In this document: positions 37,911 to 49,200 of the stretch, one piece after another
How positions within the stretch are numbered: the first letter of the stretch is position 1
How the letters are laid out: every line of letters starts with the position of its first letter
Origin: an uncultured virus (IMG/VR IMGVR_UViG_3300031715_000005)
Taxonomy: Duplodnaviria; Heunggongvirae; Uroviricota; Caudoviricetes
Length of the DNA stretch: 64,000 nt
Reading direction: 5' to 3' (one strand)
IMG/VR virus record: IMGVR_UViG_3300031715_000005
Translations under genes and position numbers: made by a program
The notes under the pieces: generated by a model
What the model was told of the DNA's origin: nothing
Databases searched by the model: none
The model's input: the letters and a program-made list of their open reading frames with translations, nothing else

Positions 37911-39477
37911 TCCCACGATTCTTAAAGAATTTCTCGTTGCCCTGGGGTTCAAGGTAGACGATCAGCAGTTCCGCAATTTCGAAACCAAATTCAAATTTAC
38001 CATCGAAAAGTTCGCGGAGATCGGCAAGGTAGCCGTTGCCGCTGGCGCCGCGTTGTCGGTGGCGATTACGAAAACAGCTTCCGATATGGAAAAGCTGTAT
38101 TACGTGAGCCAGCGAACGGGAGCTTCGGTAGCGAATCTTCAGGCGCTTCGCTTCGGTGCGGAACAGATTGGAGTCAGCGCGGATCAGGCGACGAACGCGG
38201 TCGAGGGACTCGCTGCGGCTCTGCGGTTGAATCCGGGCAAGCGCGGGTTGCTGACCATGCTCGGAATCCAAGAAGGAACGGACAACGCTCAGACGTTGCT
38301 CAATCTTGTATCGAGATTGAGACAGATGCCGTTTTTCATGGCGGCGCAATTCGCGGGACAATTTGGGATTGATGAACGCACGCTGTTCATGCTGGAAAAG
38401 AACCTTCCCGAAATGGTCGAGGCCGCGCGCCAGCAAAAGAAATTCCTTTCGGATGCAGGCGTGGATTCGGACAAGCTGGCGGCGGACAGCCATGCGTTCA
38501 TGCAGGACGTGCGAACGCTCATCGCTCACGTTTCGGTGCTGGCGCTGCTCTTCGAGCAACACATTCTGCCAACGGCAACGAAAATCGTCCATTTTCTGAC
38601 GAGCGCGGTGGACGCTATGATTGCGTTGGATAAGGCGACAGGGGGATGGTCCACCACAATCGGGGGAATCGTGACCGCCCTAGGTGGCGTCGTGGCTTCC
38701 ATGAGCGTAATCCGGGGCCTAGCTGGCATAGTGGGGATCGGCGGAGGAGCTGGCGCGGCCGCCGGAGGAGCTGGCGCGGCCGCCGGCGCGGGAATCGGCG
38801 GCGCTTTGGCCACGGGCGGCTTGCTTGCGCTGGACGCTGGCCTAGCGGTTTACGATGCGATTCAGCTCAAAAAGCTGTTCACGACGTACAGCAACTCAGC
38901 CGTGGGAGATTCGGTTCGAGGTATGATTGCGAAGTTCGAAGGATTCAGCAGCAAGGCGTACAAGGATGCGCGTGGATTTTCCATTGGGTTCGGTCACTTC
39001 ATCCAACCCGGAGAGAATTTTAGCGGAGGAATCAGCCGCGGAGATGCGCTGAAGCTCTTGGCGCAAGATACCAAGATTGCCGCCGATGCCGTTCACCGAT
39101 TGGTGAAGGTGAGCCTGAATGCGAATCAAATCGCGGCGCTGACGGATTTTGTTTACAACATAGGAGCAACAAAGTTTTCGAAGTCCACGCTGTTGAAGGA
39201 TATTAACTCCGGAGACTTGGCGGGAGCTGCGGAACAGTTCCAGCGTTGGAACAAAGTTTTCCGGGATGGCCGCTACGTGACGAGCGACGATTTGACGAGC
39301 CGGCGATTGGGAGAGAAGGCGTTGTTCAATCGGCCGGAGGTCAACGTCAATCAGAAAACTGACATTCACGTTTCGGGAGTGAGTGATCCGAAAGCGGCCG
39401 CAATTGCCGTCTCGCGAGAACAGACCCGCGTGAACGGAGATTTGGTTCGGAATATGGGAGGAGCGGCCGTCCAATGA
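37897..39477 (+). CDS. Tape measure protein with C-terminal GH24 lysozyme
   Basis: LKEFLVALGF start; FEGF..KAYKD..G.SIGFGH, ALTDFVYNIG, RRLGE. Confidence 0.9.
   Translation: MASGSPTILKEFLVALGFKVDDQQFRNFETKFKFTIEKFAEIGKVAVAAGAALSVAITKTASDMEKLYYVSQRTGASVANLQALRFGAEQIGVSADQATNAVEGLAAALRLNPGKRGLLTMLGIQEGTDNAQTLLNLVSRLRQMPFFMAAQFAGQFGIDERTLFMLEKNLPEMVEAARQQKKFLSDAGVDSDKLAADSHAFMQDVRTLIAHVSVLALLFEQHILPTATKIVHFLTSAVDAMIALDKATGGWSTTIGGIVTALGGVVASMSVIRGLAGIVGIGGGAGAAAGGAGAAAGAGIGGALATGGLLALDAGLAVYDAIQLKKLFTTYSNSAVGDSVRGMIAKFEGFSSKAYKDARGFSIGFGHFIQPGENFSGGISRGDALKLLAQDTKIAADAVHRLVKVSLNANQIAALTDFVYNIGATKFSKSTLLKDINSGDLAGAAEQFQRWNKVFRDGRYVTSDDLTSRRLGEKALFNRPEVNVNQKTDIHVSGVSDPKAAAIAVSREQTRVNGDLVRNMGGAAVQ
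38742..38783 (+). repeat. 21-bp tandem duplication (GGAGAAA x2)
   Basis: CGGAGGAGCTGGCGCGGCCGC twice. Confidence 0.8.
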
Positions 39478-40094
39478 GCACAGCTCCCACACCTGTAGCG
39501 ATCAAGCCGTACCGGGCGATCATGGGTGTTGCCGTCGGCGGAGCTTCGGGAAGTCTCAGCTCTTCGAATCCAGGTTTGATTCAAACCACAGTCAACACGC
39601 AAACGACGACGTTGATTGCGGATGCGGTGATCGAGGAAAAACACGAAGATGAAATGATCATCACGGAGCATCCGGTCGAGGTCGGATCAACGATTGCGGA
39701 TCATGCCTATGCGATGCCGGCCAAGCTAGAACTGACGTATTCCTGGGCGGAAGGCAGCCCGCAGAATGCTTCGAAAGACCTGTCCTTTCTGAAAAATCTT
39801 TACCAGCAATTTCTTGGGTTGCAGAAAAGCGCCACGCTTTGCACGGTCAACACGGGCAAGCGAATCTACAAAAACATGCTGATGCGGTCGGTTGCGACTA
39901 CTTCGGACAGGGAGAACGAAAATAGTCTGACGATAGTGGTTCTGCTTCAGGAAATTTTGATGGCGACCACGCAGATTGTGCCGCTTACTACGGCCGCGCA
40001 ACAGGCTCTTCCAGGTCAGACGGCGCCGGTGGTGAATCAGGGAAACGTGAGTTTACAGCAGGCACCGACGTTTAATCCGGGAGCGTTGCCTTGA
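39474..40094 (+). CDS. Baseplate/tube initiator (Dit-like)
   Basis: IEEKH.D...ITEHPVE.G..IADHAY; TGKRIYKNML. Confidence 0.85.
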   Translation: MSTAPTPVAIKPYRAIMGVAVGGASGSLSSSNPGLIQTTVNTQTTTLIADAVIEEKHEDEMIITEHPVEVGSTIADHAYAMPAKLELTYSWAEGSPQNASKDLSFLKNLYQQFLGLQKSATLCTVNTGKRIYKNMLMRSVATTSDRENENSLTIVVLLQEILMATTQIVPLTTAAQQALPGQTAPVVNQGNVSLQQAPTFNPGALP

Positions 40095-40414
40095 GTTCGA
40101 CGGTCACGCCTTTTTTGATTCCGCTCCAGCCGACGCCGCAAACGTTGACGATCACGGTTGCAGGAGTCCAATACCAGCTCCGTTTGATTTGGAATACGCA
40201 GAATGATGCGTGGACGCTGGATATTTCGGATGTGAACGGTAATCCGATTCTTTCCGGCATCCCGCTGGTGACAGGAGCGGACCTTCTCGAACAATTCGGC
40301 TATCTCGACTTCGGAGGGCAACTAATCGTGCAGACGGACAATGATGCGGATGCCGTGCCAACGTTGCAAAATTTGGGAAGCACGGGGAATCTGTTTTTTG
40401 TGGTGATTGATTGA
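40091..40414 (+). CDS. Small baseplate protein
   Basis: WTLDISD..G.PILSGIPLVTGADLL. Confidence 0.8.
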   Translation: MSSTVTPFLIPLQPTPQTLTITVAGVQYQLRLIWNTQNDAWTLDISDVNGNPILSGIPLVTGADLLEQFGYLDFGGQLIVQTDNDADAVPTLQNLGSTGNLFFVVID

Positions 40415-41352
40415 GTTCTTCGAGCCAAGCCCTATTTGGACGAACATGGTCATTGATCCTGGCGAATGGCAGCCAAGCGATAGACCTTTCGAATCTTCGT
40501 TTTCGTTTTGAAATTTCAGCGAGTGATGTGGAGACGCCGAATACCGCGCGCATCCGTGTCTACAATTTGAGCCGTGATCTCACGACGTACGCCACGGAAT
40601 TTAGTCAAGTTGTTCTTTCGGCGGGTTATGGCAACAATCCTGGACAGATTTTCAAAGGGACGGTCAAGCAATTCCGGAAAGGCCGTGAAAGCAACGTAGA
40701 CAGCTTCCTGGATATTTTCGCGGCCGACGGAGACTTGGGATATAACTTCGGAATCGTCAACACGACGGTTCCGGCGGGAATTACGGAGGCGCAGCGGTTG
40801 CAAAAATACGCGGCCGCTCTCGGCTATCCTCTTGATCCGAATGCTCCGAGTTATCTTTCCTCGACGGGCGGAATCCTCCCAAGGGGCAAGGTGTTGTTCG
40901 GGCTGGCGCGGAACTACATGCGGGATTTGGCTGAAACGAACAACGTTCGGTGGTCCATCCAAAACGGAGTGGTGACGCTGATTCCTTTGGCTGGATATTT
41001 ACCCGGCGATATCGTGGTAATTAACAGCGCGACGGGAATGGTGGGTGTTCCCGAAGCGACGGATCAGGGCATTTTGGTGCAGACGTTGCTCAATCCTAAA
41101 ATCGGCGTGGGCCGGCGCGTGCAAATCAACAATAAGGACATCACGAGCACCTTGATCAAACAGCAGTTTTTCCCAGGTTACTCGGACCTGAATCTTCCGG
41201 CGACGGTGGATTCTGTTGGGGATGGAATCTACCGAGTGATCGTGATCGAGCATGAGGGCGACACCCGCGATGTAAGTTGGTACACGCGGCTTACGTGCTT
41301 GCTGATTGACCCGTCCGCGGCTCCGGATGCAGCCGTGGCCCCGTATGGGTAA
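40411..41352 (+). CDS. Baseplate hub protein
   Basis: PNTARIRVYNL, LSAGY, DGD, WSIQNG, GDTR..WY. Confidence 0.85.
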   Translation: MSSSSQALFGRTWSLILANGSQAIDLSNLRFRFEISASDVETPNTARIRVYNLSRDLTTYATEFSQVVLSAGYGNNPGQIFKGTVKQFRKGRESNVDSFLDIFAADGDLGYNFGIVNTTVPAGITEAQRLQKYAAALGYPLDPNAPSYLSSTGGILPRGKVLFGLARNYMRDLAETNNVRWSIQNGVVTLIPLAGYLPGDIVVINSATGMVGVPEATDQGILVQTLLNPKIGVGRRVQINNKDITSTLIKQQFFPGYSDLNLPATVDSVGDGIYRVIVIEHEGDTRDVSWYTRLTCLLIDPSAAPDAAVAPYG

Positions 41353-41545
41353 CGTGCAAGGGAATCTTGCGCAAATGCAAGGAATCCTTGTATTTGGTAA
41401 ACAACGGTAGAGCTTTTGGGATTCAGCGGGATCAGATTTTTGGTAGGTTTTTACAGTCGGTTGATTCTAAGGATGTTAGGTAGTTCCCCATTATAACGTT
41501 GTAATGGGATTCGGCGGGACAGGTTGCGGCAAAACACGGTAAAGC

Positions 41546-42244
41546 ATGGATCAAAAAGAACGGATCGGCAACTTCGAAGAAGGCATCCGGGCAGCTCTCA
41601 AGGGCTTCCAGGCGGACCTGTGGACCGCTCTTCCCGGCATAGCTCAGGTAAACCCAAACACCGGACTTTGCTTCGATCCCGCGAAAATGACCGTGGCCGT
41701 GCAGCCAACGATCAAAGCGTACGTGCTGAGTTCGAAGGGCGTTCAGACTTGGGTTGCTCTTCCGCTTTTGATTGATGTGCCGGTGGTATTCCCTTGCGCC
41801 GGCGGATTCGCCCTGACTCTTCCGATCCAGCCGGGAGATGAAGTGCTCGTTATTTTCGCCTCGCGTTGTATGGATGCCTGGTGGCAAAACGGTGGAGTGG
41901 GAATCCAGGCCGAATTACGGATGCACGATAAATCGGATGGGTTTGCGATTCCAGGAGTACGAAGCAAACCTAACGTCCTTCCGAACGTGAGCATGGCGAC
42001 GGCGCAGCTCCGCAATCTTGCGGGAACGGCTTATATTGAATTGGAGGCCGGAGGAGTCGTCAACATCGTGGCGCCCGGTGGTGTTAACATCACAGGAGCG
42101 TTGAACGTGGATGGGGATGTGGATGTGACCGGAACAGTGGATGCGACAGAAGAGGGAACGTTCAACGGCGGCCATACGGTAAGTGCGCACAAACACGGTG
42201 GAGTCCAAACGGGTAGCGGAACGACGGGGACACCGACGGGATGA
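41546..42244 (+). CDS. Baseplate central spike (Gp138-like)
   Basis: TALPG, DVPVVFP, GDEVLVIFASRCMDAW, RMHD.SD, HKH tip motif. Confidence 0.9.
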   Translation: MDQKERIGNFEEGIRAALKGFQADLWTALPGIAQVNPNTGLCFDPAKMTVAVQPTIKAYVLSSKGVQTWVALPLLIDVPVVFPCAGGFALTLPIQPGDEVLVIFASRCMDAWWQNGGVGIQAELRMHDKSDGFAIPGVRSKPNVLPNVSMATAQLRNLAGTAYIELEAGGVVNIVAPGGVNITGALNVDGDVDVTGTVDATEEGTFNGGHTVSAHKHGGVQTGSGTTGTPTG

Positions 42245-43281
42245 GGTATCGAGCTTTAGATGCAAATGGCGATTACTCTTTCGGCCTGGGGCCGCAAGAG
42301 TATCTTGCCAATAGCCCGCAGACCGTGGCACAAGCTGTGCTTACGGCGCTTCTTCTTCATCAAGGGGAATGGTTTCTCGATATCACGGCCGGGATGCCCT
42401 GGGAAACGCAGGTGCTAGGCTTCGGAACAGGCTCGCTTTATGACGCAGCGATCAAAAATGCGATCCTGGGAGTTGAGGGAGTCGCTTCGATTGTCAGCTA
42501 TAGCAGCGCGCTCGGAGTCGCGCCCGTTGGAAACCCGGCATTTCCAATCGTACAAAATGTGCCAGACAGCTTCCATAGACCGAATCAGAATCCCATCAAT
42601 ACGAACTGGAAGTCGTTTAGGTTGTTTGCAGGATCTTCTTTCTTCGTGTTGGGGCAAGTTCTCAACAATCAGTACATCGGTCAAGACGGTTCTGCGACCG
42701 ATATGTATTACGACAGCGGTAGCCCTTGGGCGCCAAATCAATCTTCCCAAGCTAGGCTTCTAACTTTGAATGAGCACAAAGGTTACGCCGGCCTCTATGT
42801 GCGCGCGAGTGTTTCTGGTGGCTATCAGTTTTTGCTCGATGGTGTATTTGCGAATCAAGGGTTAGGATTGCCAACGGGAGCGAAACTCAGCGGACCTAGC
42901 GGACTGTTGCAGGAAGTCGTTATCACACCACAGCAATTCGATGTGTTCACTCTTTCGGCTATCGGTTCGCAAATTTCAGTCAAGCAAAATCAGACCACGA
43001 TCCTGAATGCCAACGATATTTTGGCTACGTCCGGGAATCCCGGGATTTTCGCTTCTCCATTGGCGGGCGTTGCTGCCGATGTTGCTTGGGACAATTGGAT
43101 CGGCACGGGAGAGATAGTGGCGGGGAGTGGAGCGGGAGTCAACACGAAACGAGTTCTGAATGTGGCTGTCACCATAGATACAATCTTTGGGGTGACGAGC
43201 TTGAGTGCTTCGATTCCGACAGGGCTCCGCGGCTATGGAATTGGACCTTTCGCGGAAATTCCGTACGGGCTTGGGGGTTAA
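42241..43281 (+). CDS. Baseplate wedge/sheath initiator with a large inserted beta domain
   Basis: MRYRALDANGDYSFG...GEWFLD...G.PW, insert, then V.VTIDTIFG. Confidence 0.8.
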   Translation: MRYRALDANGDYSFGLGPQEYLANSPQTVAQAVLTALLLHQGEWFLDITAGMPWETQVLGFGTGSLYDAAIKNAILGVEGVASIVSYSSALGVAPVGNPAFPIVQNVPDSFHRPNQNPINTNWKSFRLFAGSSFFVLGQVLNNQYIGQDGSATDMYYDSGSPWAPNQSSQARLLTLNEHKGYAGLYVRASVSGGYQFLLDGVFANQGLGLPTGAKLSGPSGLLQEVVITPQQFDVFTLSAIGSQISVKQNQTTILNANDILATSGNPGIFASPLAGVAADVAWDNWIGTGEIVAGSGAGVNTKRVLNVAVTIDTIFGVTSLSASIPTGLRGYGIGPFAEIPYGLGG

Positions 43282-43284
43282 CGA

Positions 43285-44475
43285 ATGCCTGGACCTTATC
43301 CTCTTCCTACCCTTGCCGCTCAGGTAACGGCCACTGGTGTCACGGCACCTTCCTTCGAGGATATTCTGTTGAGTCTGATTGCGACGATGCAGAGCATCTT
43401 CGGCTCGGATATTTACCTTCCTCCCGACAGTCAGGATTATCAGATGCTCGCCGCGTTCGCAATGTCCATCAACGATGCGAACCAGGCGTTCATTGCGGGA
43501 TACAACGGCTTTCTTCCGACTTTTGCGCAAGGCGCGGGACTCAGCGCCTTGGTGAAGATCAATGGGCTCCGGCGGCAAGCAGGAACGAATAGCACGGCAG
43601 AAATTCAGATTGTTGGTGTAGTCGGGACGGTCATTATAAATGGAGCGGTTGAAGATACGAACGGCAACGTTTGGGATCTGCCTGAAGTGGTGACTATTCC
43701 GATCAGTGGAGAAATTACGGTGACGGCGACGTGCGCGGAACCTGGAGCTATCACGGCCGCGGCCAACACGATCACGGAAATTGTGACCGTTGTCTTGGGC
43801 TGGCAATCGGCGACAAATCCGGCTCCGGCTATTGTAGGAGTTGCTCCGGAGTCGGATGCAGCGTTGCGCAGGAGACAGTCGCAAAGCACGGCCCTGCCAA
43901 GCTTGACGCCTTTGCAGGCAATTCTTGCGGCCGTTGCCAACGTTTCGGGAGTGGACCGCTACGCGATTTATGAAAACAACACCGGCACTCCGGATTCGAA
44001 TGGAGTTCAAGGGCATTCGATTGCGGTAGTCGTAGAAGGAGGAAGTGTCACGCAGATTGCTCAGGTGATCGAGCAAACCAAATCTCCTGGGACGGGGACG
44101 TACGGTACGACTTCGGAAACAGTCGAAGATCCGGCTGGCCTTCCCATCACGATCAAATTTTTCGAGTTGGTGGATGTTCCAATCTACGTGAGCGTGACGA
44201 TTCAACCGCTCGAAGGTTACGTCTCGACCACCGGAGCTGCCTTGATTGCAGCCATCGTGGCGTTCATCGAAGGATTGGCCATTGGGGAAGAAGTTTTCTA
44301 TAACTGGATTTTTGGTCCGGCGAGTTTGTATGGGAGCCCGTTGCAACTCACCTACCGGGTCACGGCGATCACGATTGGCACGGCACCGGCGCCAGTGGGC
44401 ACTGCGGATATTCCTATTCCTTTCAACGAAGCGGCTTCCTGCGCGACGGCAAACGTCGTTCTGACGGTGCTTTAA
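43285..44475 (+). CDS. Baseplate J-like wedge protein
   Basis: PDSQDYQM, LSALVKING, ESDAALRRRQ, HSIAVVVEGG. Confidence 0.92.
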   Translation: MPGPYPLPTLAAQVTATGVTAPSFEDILLSLIATMQSIFGSDIYLPPDSQDYQMLAAFAMSINDANQAFIAGYNGFLPTFAQGAGLSALVKINGLRRQAGTNSTAEIQIVGVVGTVIINGAVEDTNGNVWDLPEVVTIPISGEITVTATCAEPGAITAAANTITEIVTVVLGWQSATNPAPAIVGVAPESDAALRRRQSQSTALPSLTPLQAILAAVANVSGVDRYAIYENNTGTPDSNGVQGHSIAVVVEGGSVTQIAQVIEQTKSPGTGTYGTTSETVEDPAGLPITIKFFELVDVPIYVSVTIQPLEGYVSTTGAALIAAIVAFIEGLAIGEEVFYNWIFGPASLYGSPLQLTYRVTAITIGTAPAPVGTADIPIPFNEAASCATANVVLTVL

Positions 44476-45077
44476 TGGGCATCCAGGTCAGCATCTATCA
44501 AGCTCTCATTACGTCGGAGCACAATCAGCGGCCGAATTTCATGGCGTTTGTAGCGGCTATCTGTCAGCCATCGGTGGATCTGCAAAATCAACTGGAGAAA
44601 TTGCCAAGCCTCTTCGACGTTGATTTGGCTGTAGGGGATCAGCTCGACAAGATCGGAGATTGGGTCGGTGTGAGCCGTGATCTTAACCAGGAGATCATGG
44701 GCGTATCTCAGTTGCCCGATGCGGAGTACCGGATTCTCGTCAAGCTTTTCATCGCCATGAATGCGTGGGATGGGACGATTCCTGGAATTTACTCGATTTG
44801 GAATACAGTGTTCTCCGCGCAAGGCTATCAGATTCTTGTGCAGGACAATCAGGACATGAGTATGCTGGTGGTGTTCCTGAATCCTCCGACGGACATTCTG
44901 ATTCTGGCGATTTTGACGCAAGGCTATTTTTTGCTGGTGCCGGCGGGAGTGTTGATCGTGGGATTTTATGAACCAAGCTTGCCGTATCCGGGCACGCCCA
45001 TTTTCGGTTGGGGAGTAGAAAATTCGAAGATCTCAGGATGGGGTGTCGGTGCCTGGGTCGAGAAGATCGTAGTTTAG
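44475..45077 (+). CDS. Baseplate wedge protein (DUF2612)
   Basis: LITSEH, FDVDLAVGDQLD.IG.WVG.SR, N.WDG, DNQDMSM. Confidence 0.88.
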   Translation: MGIQVSIYQALITSEHNQRPNFMAFVAAICQPSVDLQNQLEKLPSLFDVDLAVGDQLDKIGDWVGVSRDLNQEIMGVSQLPDAEYRILVKLFIAMNAWDGTIPGIYSIWNTVFSAQGYQILVQDNQDMSMLVVFLNPPTDILILAILTQGYFLLVPAGVLIVGFYEPSLPYPGTPIFGWGVENSKISGWGVGAWVEKIVV

Positions 45078-45087
45078 AGGAGAGCAC

Positions 45088-45654
45088 ATGCCTACCGTAG
45101 ATTATCTTCCCGTAGCGACGGCGGGAGGAGCGAACGTAGATTCCCAGGCGGATTTTGCGGGTTCCGGCTATCAGACCGATGGCTTTCAGGTTGGCATTGC
45201 TCTTCCGCAACAGGCAAATAAAGTGTGGCGGCAGTCGAGCATGATTGCCGCGATGATTGCGACGTTCATCAGCCAGACACTCAACATCAATGTTCTCGAT
45301 GATGGAAACCTGTCGGCGCTATTGGCGAATTTCGTTGCGGCGTTAGGCGGCGCGGATTCCGCGATTGATCAGGTGCCTTTCAGCGCGAGTCCGAATTTTG
45401 ACGAAAGCGTGGCTAGGACGTTCGAGATCACCTTGACGGGAAACGTAATCAGCTCGTCGGTGGCAAACGTGGTGAATGGAAGCATCCTGAAATTTATTAT
45501 CCATCAGGACGCCGTAGGAGGCCGAACGTTTGTATGGCCTGCGGGTGTGCCTGGGGATACAATAGACCCAGGAGCAAGCGTGACGAGCGTTCAGGCTTTC
45601 ATCGTGGACGGCAGCGGAGTGTTCCATCCTTATACGGCGATGATTGCTAGGTAG
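45088..45654 (+). CDS. Short tail-fibre base/adaptor (no signal peptide)
   Basis: ANV.SQ...GFQ.G.A...NKVWRQSS...VLDDG fibre N-terminus plus a QDAVGGRTF.W domain. Confidence 0.8.
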   Translation: MPTVDYLPVATAGGANVDSQADFAGSGYQTDGFQVGIALPQQANKVWRQSSMIAAMIATFISQTLNINVLDDGNLSALLANFVAALGGADSAIDQVPFSASPNFDESVARTFEITLTGNVISSSVANVVNGSILKFIIHQDAVGGRTFVWPAGVPGDTIDPGASVTSVQAFIVDGSGVFHPYTAMIAR

Positions 45655-45666
45655 ATCGGGGAAAAA

Positions 45667-46284
45667 ATGAAAAAGAAAATCGCCGGAGTGATCGGTTTTG
45701 TCCTGTTGTTTGTGGCCAGCGCGTATGCGGTCAACAAAATCCGCACGGGAGCCCTACAGCTTGGCAGCGGTACGGTCTTGACCGGAACGCAAGGGAATAG
45801 CGGGATCATTCAGCAGGCTGGAACGATCAGCGGAACCGGAATCCTTTGTGCGGATAGCAGCGGAAACACGACAACCGTTAGCTGCAATTCGATTTCCCTG
45901 TACACCCGCAAACCTTTAAGCAGTCCGGTAAGCGTGACTTTGAACACGCTTACGGCGATTGACAGTTTCCCTCAGACGATGCCTGCTTCGGGTGGGCCTT
46001 TTCGAGCGCATCTGGATTTTTTTTACTATAACAGCGGCGGAGTCAACATTGACTGCTACGTGAGCGATGGGACGAATACCTGGGCCGGATCGGAATGGAA
46101 TGTCAGCAACAATCGTTCGAGTTGCGTGGGAGCCGGCTTCTCCCCGGTGACGTATGCAAATGGCGCCAATGTGACGTTCACGGTGTACATCTATGACACG
46201 GGAAATTCGACAATCGAAGTTTCTCCTACGGCTGGTGGCGGTCCTAGCAGCGCAATGGCGGTAACACTGTTTCCTAGTAACTAG
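45667..46284 (+). CDS. Signal-peptide fibre-tip-like protein
   Basis: MKKKIAGVIGFVLLFVASAYA; Cys pairs. Confidence 0.75.
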   Translation: MKKKIAGVIGFVLLFVASAYAVNKIRTGALQLGSGTVLTGTQGNSGIIQQAGTISGTGILCADSSGNTTTVSCNSISLYTRKPLSSPVSVTLNTLTAIDSFPQTMPASGGPFRAHLDFFYYNSGGVNIDCYVSDGTNTWAGSEWNVSNNRSSCVGAGFSPVTYANGANVTFTVYIYDTGNSTIEVSPTAGGGPSSAMAVTLFPSN

Positions 46285-46292
46285 AGGGACGT

Positions 46293-49200
46293 ATGAAATT
46301 TATAAGGTGGGCGACGTTTATTTTTGTGGTCTGTCTGTTCTCCGGAGCGGCGCACGCGCAACAAATTGCGGGACCACCATGTGCGACGTCGGGGAACGTC
46401 AGTTTCCAAGTCCCGAACATCGGGAACACGACCAATTGGGGATACTGCCTCAATTTCGATTTGACGCTACTCGATCAGTTGCTCGGTGGAACCGCTCCGC
46501 TTCAGCTCGGATCAACGACACCTTCCGTGGTAGGGCATACGAATTGGCTCACTTCGAACACTTCTCTTTTGACGATCACGAATCTCACCGGCGGTTTTCC
46601 TGGACAGACGGTGCGGCTGATTTGCGGAGCGAGCGATACATTCACGCAGATCGTGGCGGACGCCAATATTGAGGTCGTGTCCTCCTGGAGTTGCGCTTCT
46701 TCTCCTTCACTCACGCTTACCTTGGTCAATGGAAAGTGGATCGAACAGGGCCGCGGAGGAGGAGGCGGAGGGGGCAGCGGCAGTGTGACGAATGTAAGTG
46801 CGGGGAATCTTTCTCCTCTGTTCACGACTTCCGTTTCGAGCCCGTCGTTCACTCCGAATATCACCTTTGCGCAGTTGAGCGTTTCCGGGAATACGGTTTT
46901 CGGAAACTTCTCCGGCAGTTCAGCGGTGCCTAGTTTTGGAAGCCTCACGATTTCCATGATTCCGGTGATCCCGCTGGCTACGGGAGTCAGCGGGACGTTG
47001 CCTCATGGTTCGCTGCCGACTTTGCTTTCGGGAGACATTCCCAACAATGCGGCGAATACCAGCGGTAACGCGGCCACGGCAACCGCTTTGGCGGCTACTC
47101 CTTCGAATTGTGGAGCTGGAGTAGCGGCAATCGGAATTTTGGCTAATGGAAATGCGACCGGCTGTTTTACTCCTCCAGTGACGTCGGTGTTTGGACGGAC
47201 GGGCGCTGTTGTGGCGGCGACAAACGATTATTCGTTCTCGCAAATTTCCGGGACGCTTGGATCAGGACAGTTCGGCCCATTGACAGGAGATGTGACGACG
47301 AGCGGTTATGCGGCGACGTTGGCGGCGAGCGGAGTCACGGCCGGGTCTTGCGGGGACTCCACGCATTCCTGTTCGATCACCGTTGACGCAAAAGGAAGAG
47401 TGACGGCGCAATCGAACAATTCGATTTCCGGAGGCGGGGCCGTCACGTCGGTATTCGGAAGGACCGGAGCGGTCGCGGCGCAATCTGGAGACTATAGCTA
47501 CTCGCAAATCAGCGGGACTCCCACGCTTTTTTATCAAACGATTGATTCCAATGCGACGGCTCAAACGCAGCGGCCGATTGTTAATCTGATTCCTGGAACG
47601 AACATGACCATCAGTTGCGTGGATAATTCCGGAGCCACGCGAACGGATTGCACGTTTACGGCCAGCGCAACGAGCGCGACGGCTTGGAGTGCGTTGACGC
47701 CATCCACCAATTCGACTTCCGGGACATTCTCGTCGAGCGGAAATACTTGGGATTTTGGGGCGGCGACGAGTTTCAAACTCCCGGTTGCTTCGGGTTCCAC
47801 ACCAACAGCGAGTGGTGTGGCGGGTTTTGACAGTCTCAACCAAAAATGGGTGTTCGGGCAGAATGGAAGCACGGTCAGTTTCGGTTTGGCTTCCTCTTCG
47901 GCGTGCGCGGCCAATCAATTTGTGAACACGCCGGCGACAGCCATTGCCTCGGCGAGCTGCGCGCAGCCTTCGTTTGCCAATATCAGCGGAACTGTAGCCG
48001 CCAGTCAGCTACCGAATCCTTCTTCTTCGACCTTGGGAGGGATCGAATCGTACGCGGCTGTCTCGCATCAGTGGATCAATGCGATCAGTACGAGCGGTGT
48101 TCCTTCCTCGACGCAGCCTTCGTTGGCCGACATCGCTACCGGCACAGCCGGAGCGGTAATGACGTTTCCGGGAGCGGACTTCATCGCCGGCGGCGTGAAT
48201 CTCCAGAGCGGAACGACGTACGTGATTGCGTCGGGGGATGAAAATAGATTGACCGTGTTTACGAGCGCGACGGCCGTTGCCGTGACGCTTCCTCAGACTA
48301 CTACGACGGGATTTGGGAATGGGGCAATTTTCCAGGTATTCGCGCGCGGATCTGGCGCGGTAACGATTACGCCAACGACTTCGACAATCAACGGAAACGC
48401 GACGGTAGTTTTGAATCAGGGACAAGGCGCATGGATTGAAAGCGATGGTACGAATTATTCGGCCTGGGTCAGCGCGGCTCCAAGTGGAAGCGGAACAGTG
48501 ACGAGCGTGGCGCAGACGTTCACCGGAGGATTGATCAGCGTCGGAGGTTCTCCGATTACGAGCAGTGGAACGCTTTCCCTGACCGTCGCGGGAACAAGCG
48601 GGGGCATCCCGTGTTTTACAAGTAGTTCGGCGTGGGCTTCTTCGGGAGCGTTGACGGCAAATGGCGTGGTGTATGGGGGTGGGGCTGGAGTCTGTCCAAG
48701 TGCGACAGCAGCCTCAACGACAGTAACGAATGCGCTATTCGCAACGGCAGGGGCTCCCGGATTCCGAAACATCGGGACTTCAGATACTAGCGTTTTCTGG
48801 TTTGCGACTGATAGCGGAGCTGCGAACGCCTACGTTCTCTCGCCTTCTCCGGTCGTGACCGCTTTGACTACCGGCACGCAGGTAAGTTTCACGACTACTC
48901 ACGCAAACACGGGAGGTTCGACGCTGAACGTGAGTGGATTGGGAGTCAAAAATATCACCAAGTTTGGAACGAATGCGCTGGTGTCGGGCGATATTCTTTC
49001 TGGCGTGGTCTATGTGGTGACGTACGACGGAACAGAGTGGCAATTGGATGATCCTTCAAGTGCGGACGGAACGGTAACAAGCGTAGCGCAGACGTTTACT
49101 GGCGGTCTGATTTCTGTGACGGGATCTCCGATCACTAATTCCGGGACGTTGGCTCTGACCGTCGCGGGAACAAGCGGGGGCATCCCGTATTTTTCTTCGA

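Noticed and set aside
42976..44346. Long minus-strand ORFs here and at 51530-53389 and 55297-56769
   Set aside because: Shadows of well-supported + strand genes with biased codons
25879..46628. 58-bp repeat pair as a DGR template/variable repeat
   Set aside because: Copies are identical with no adenine-specific mismatches, lie near N-termini, and no reverse transcriptase is seen
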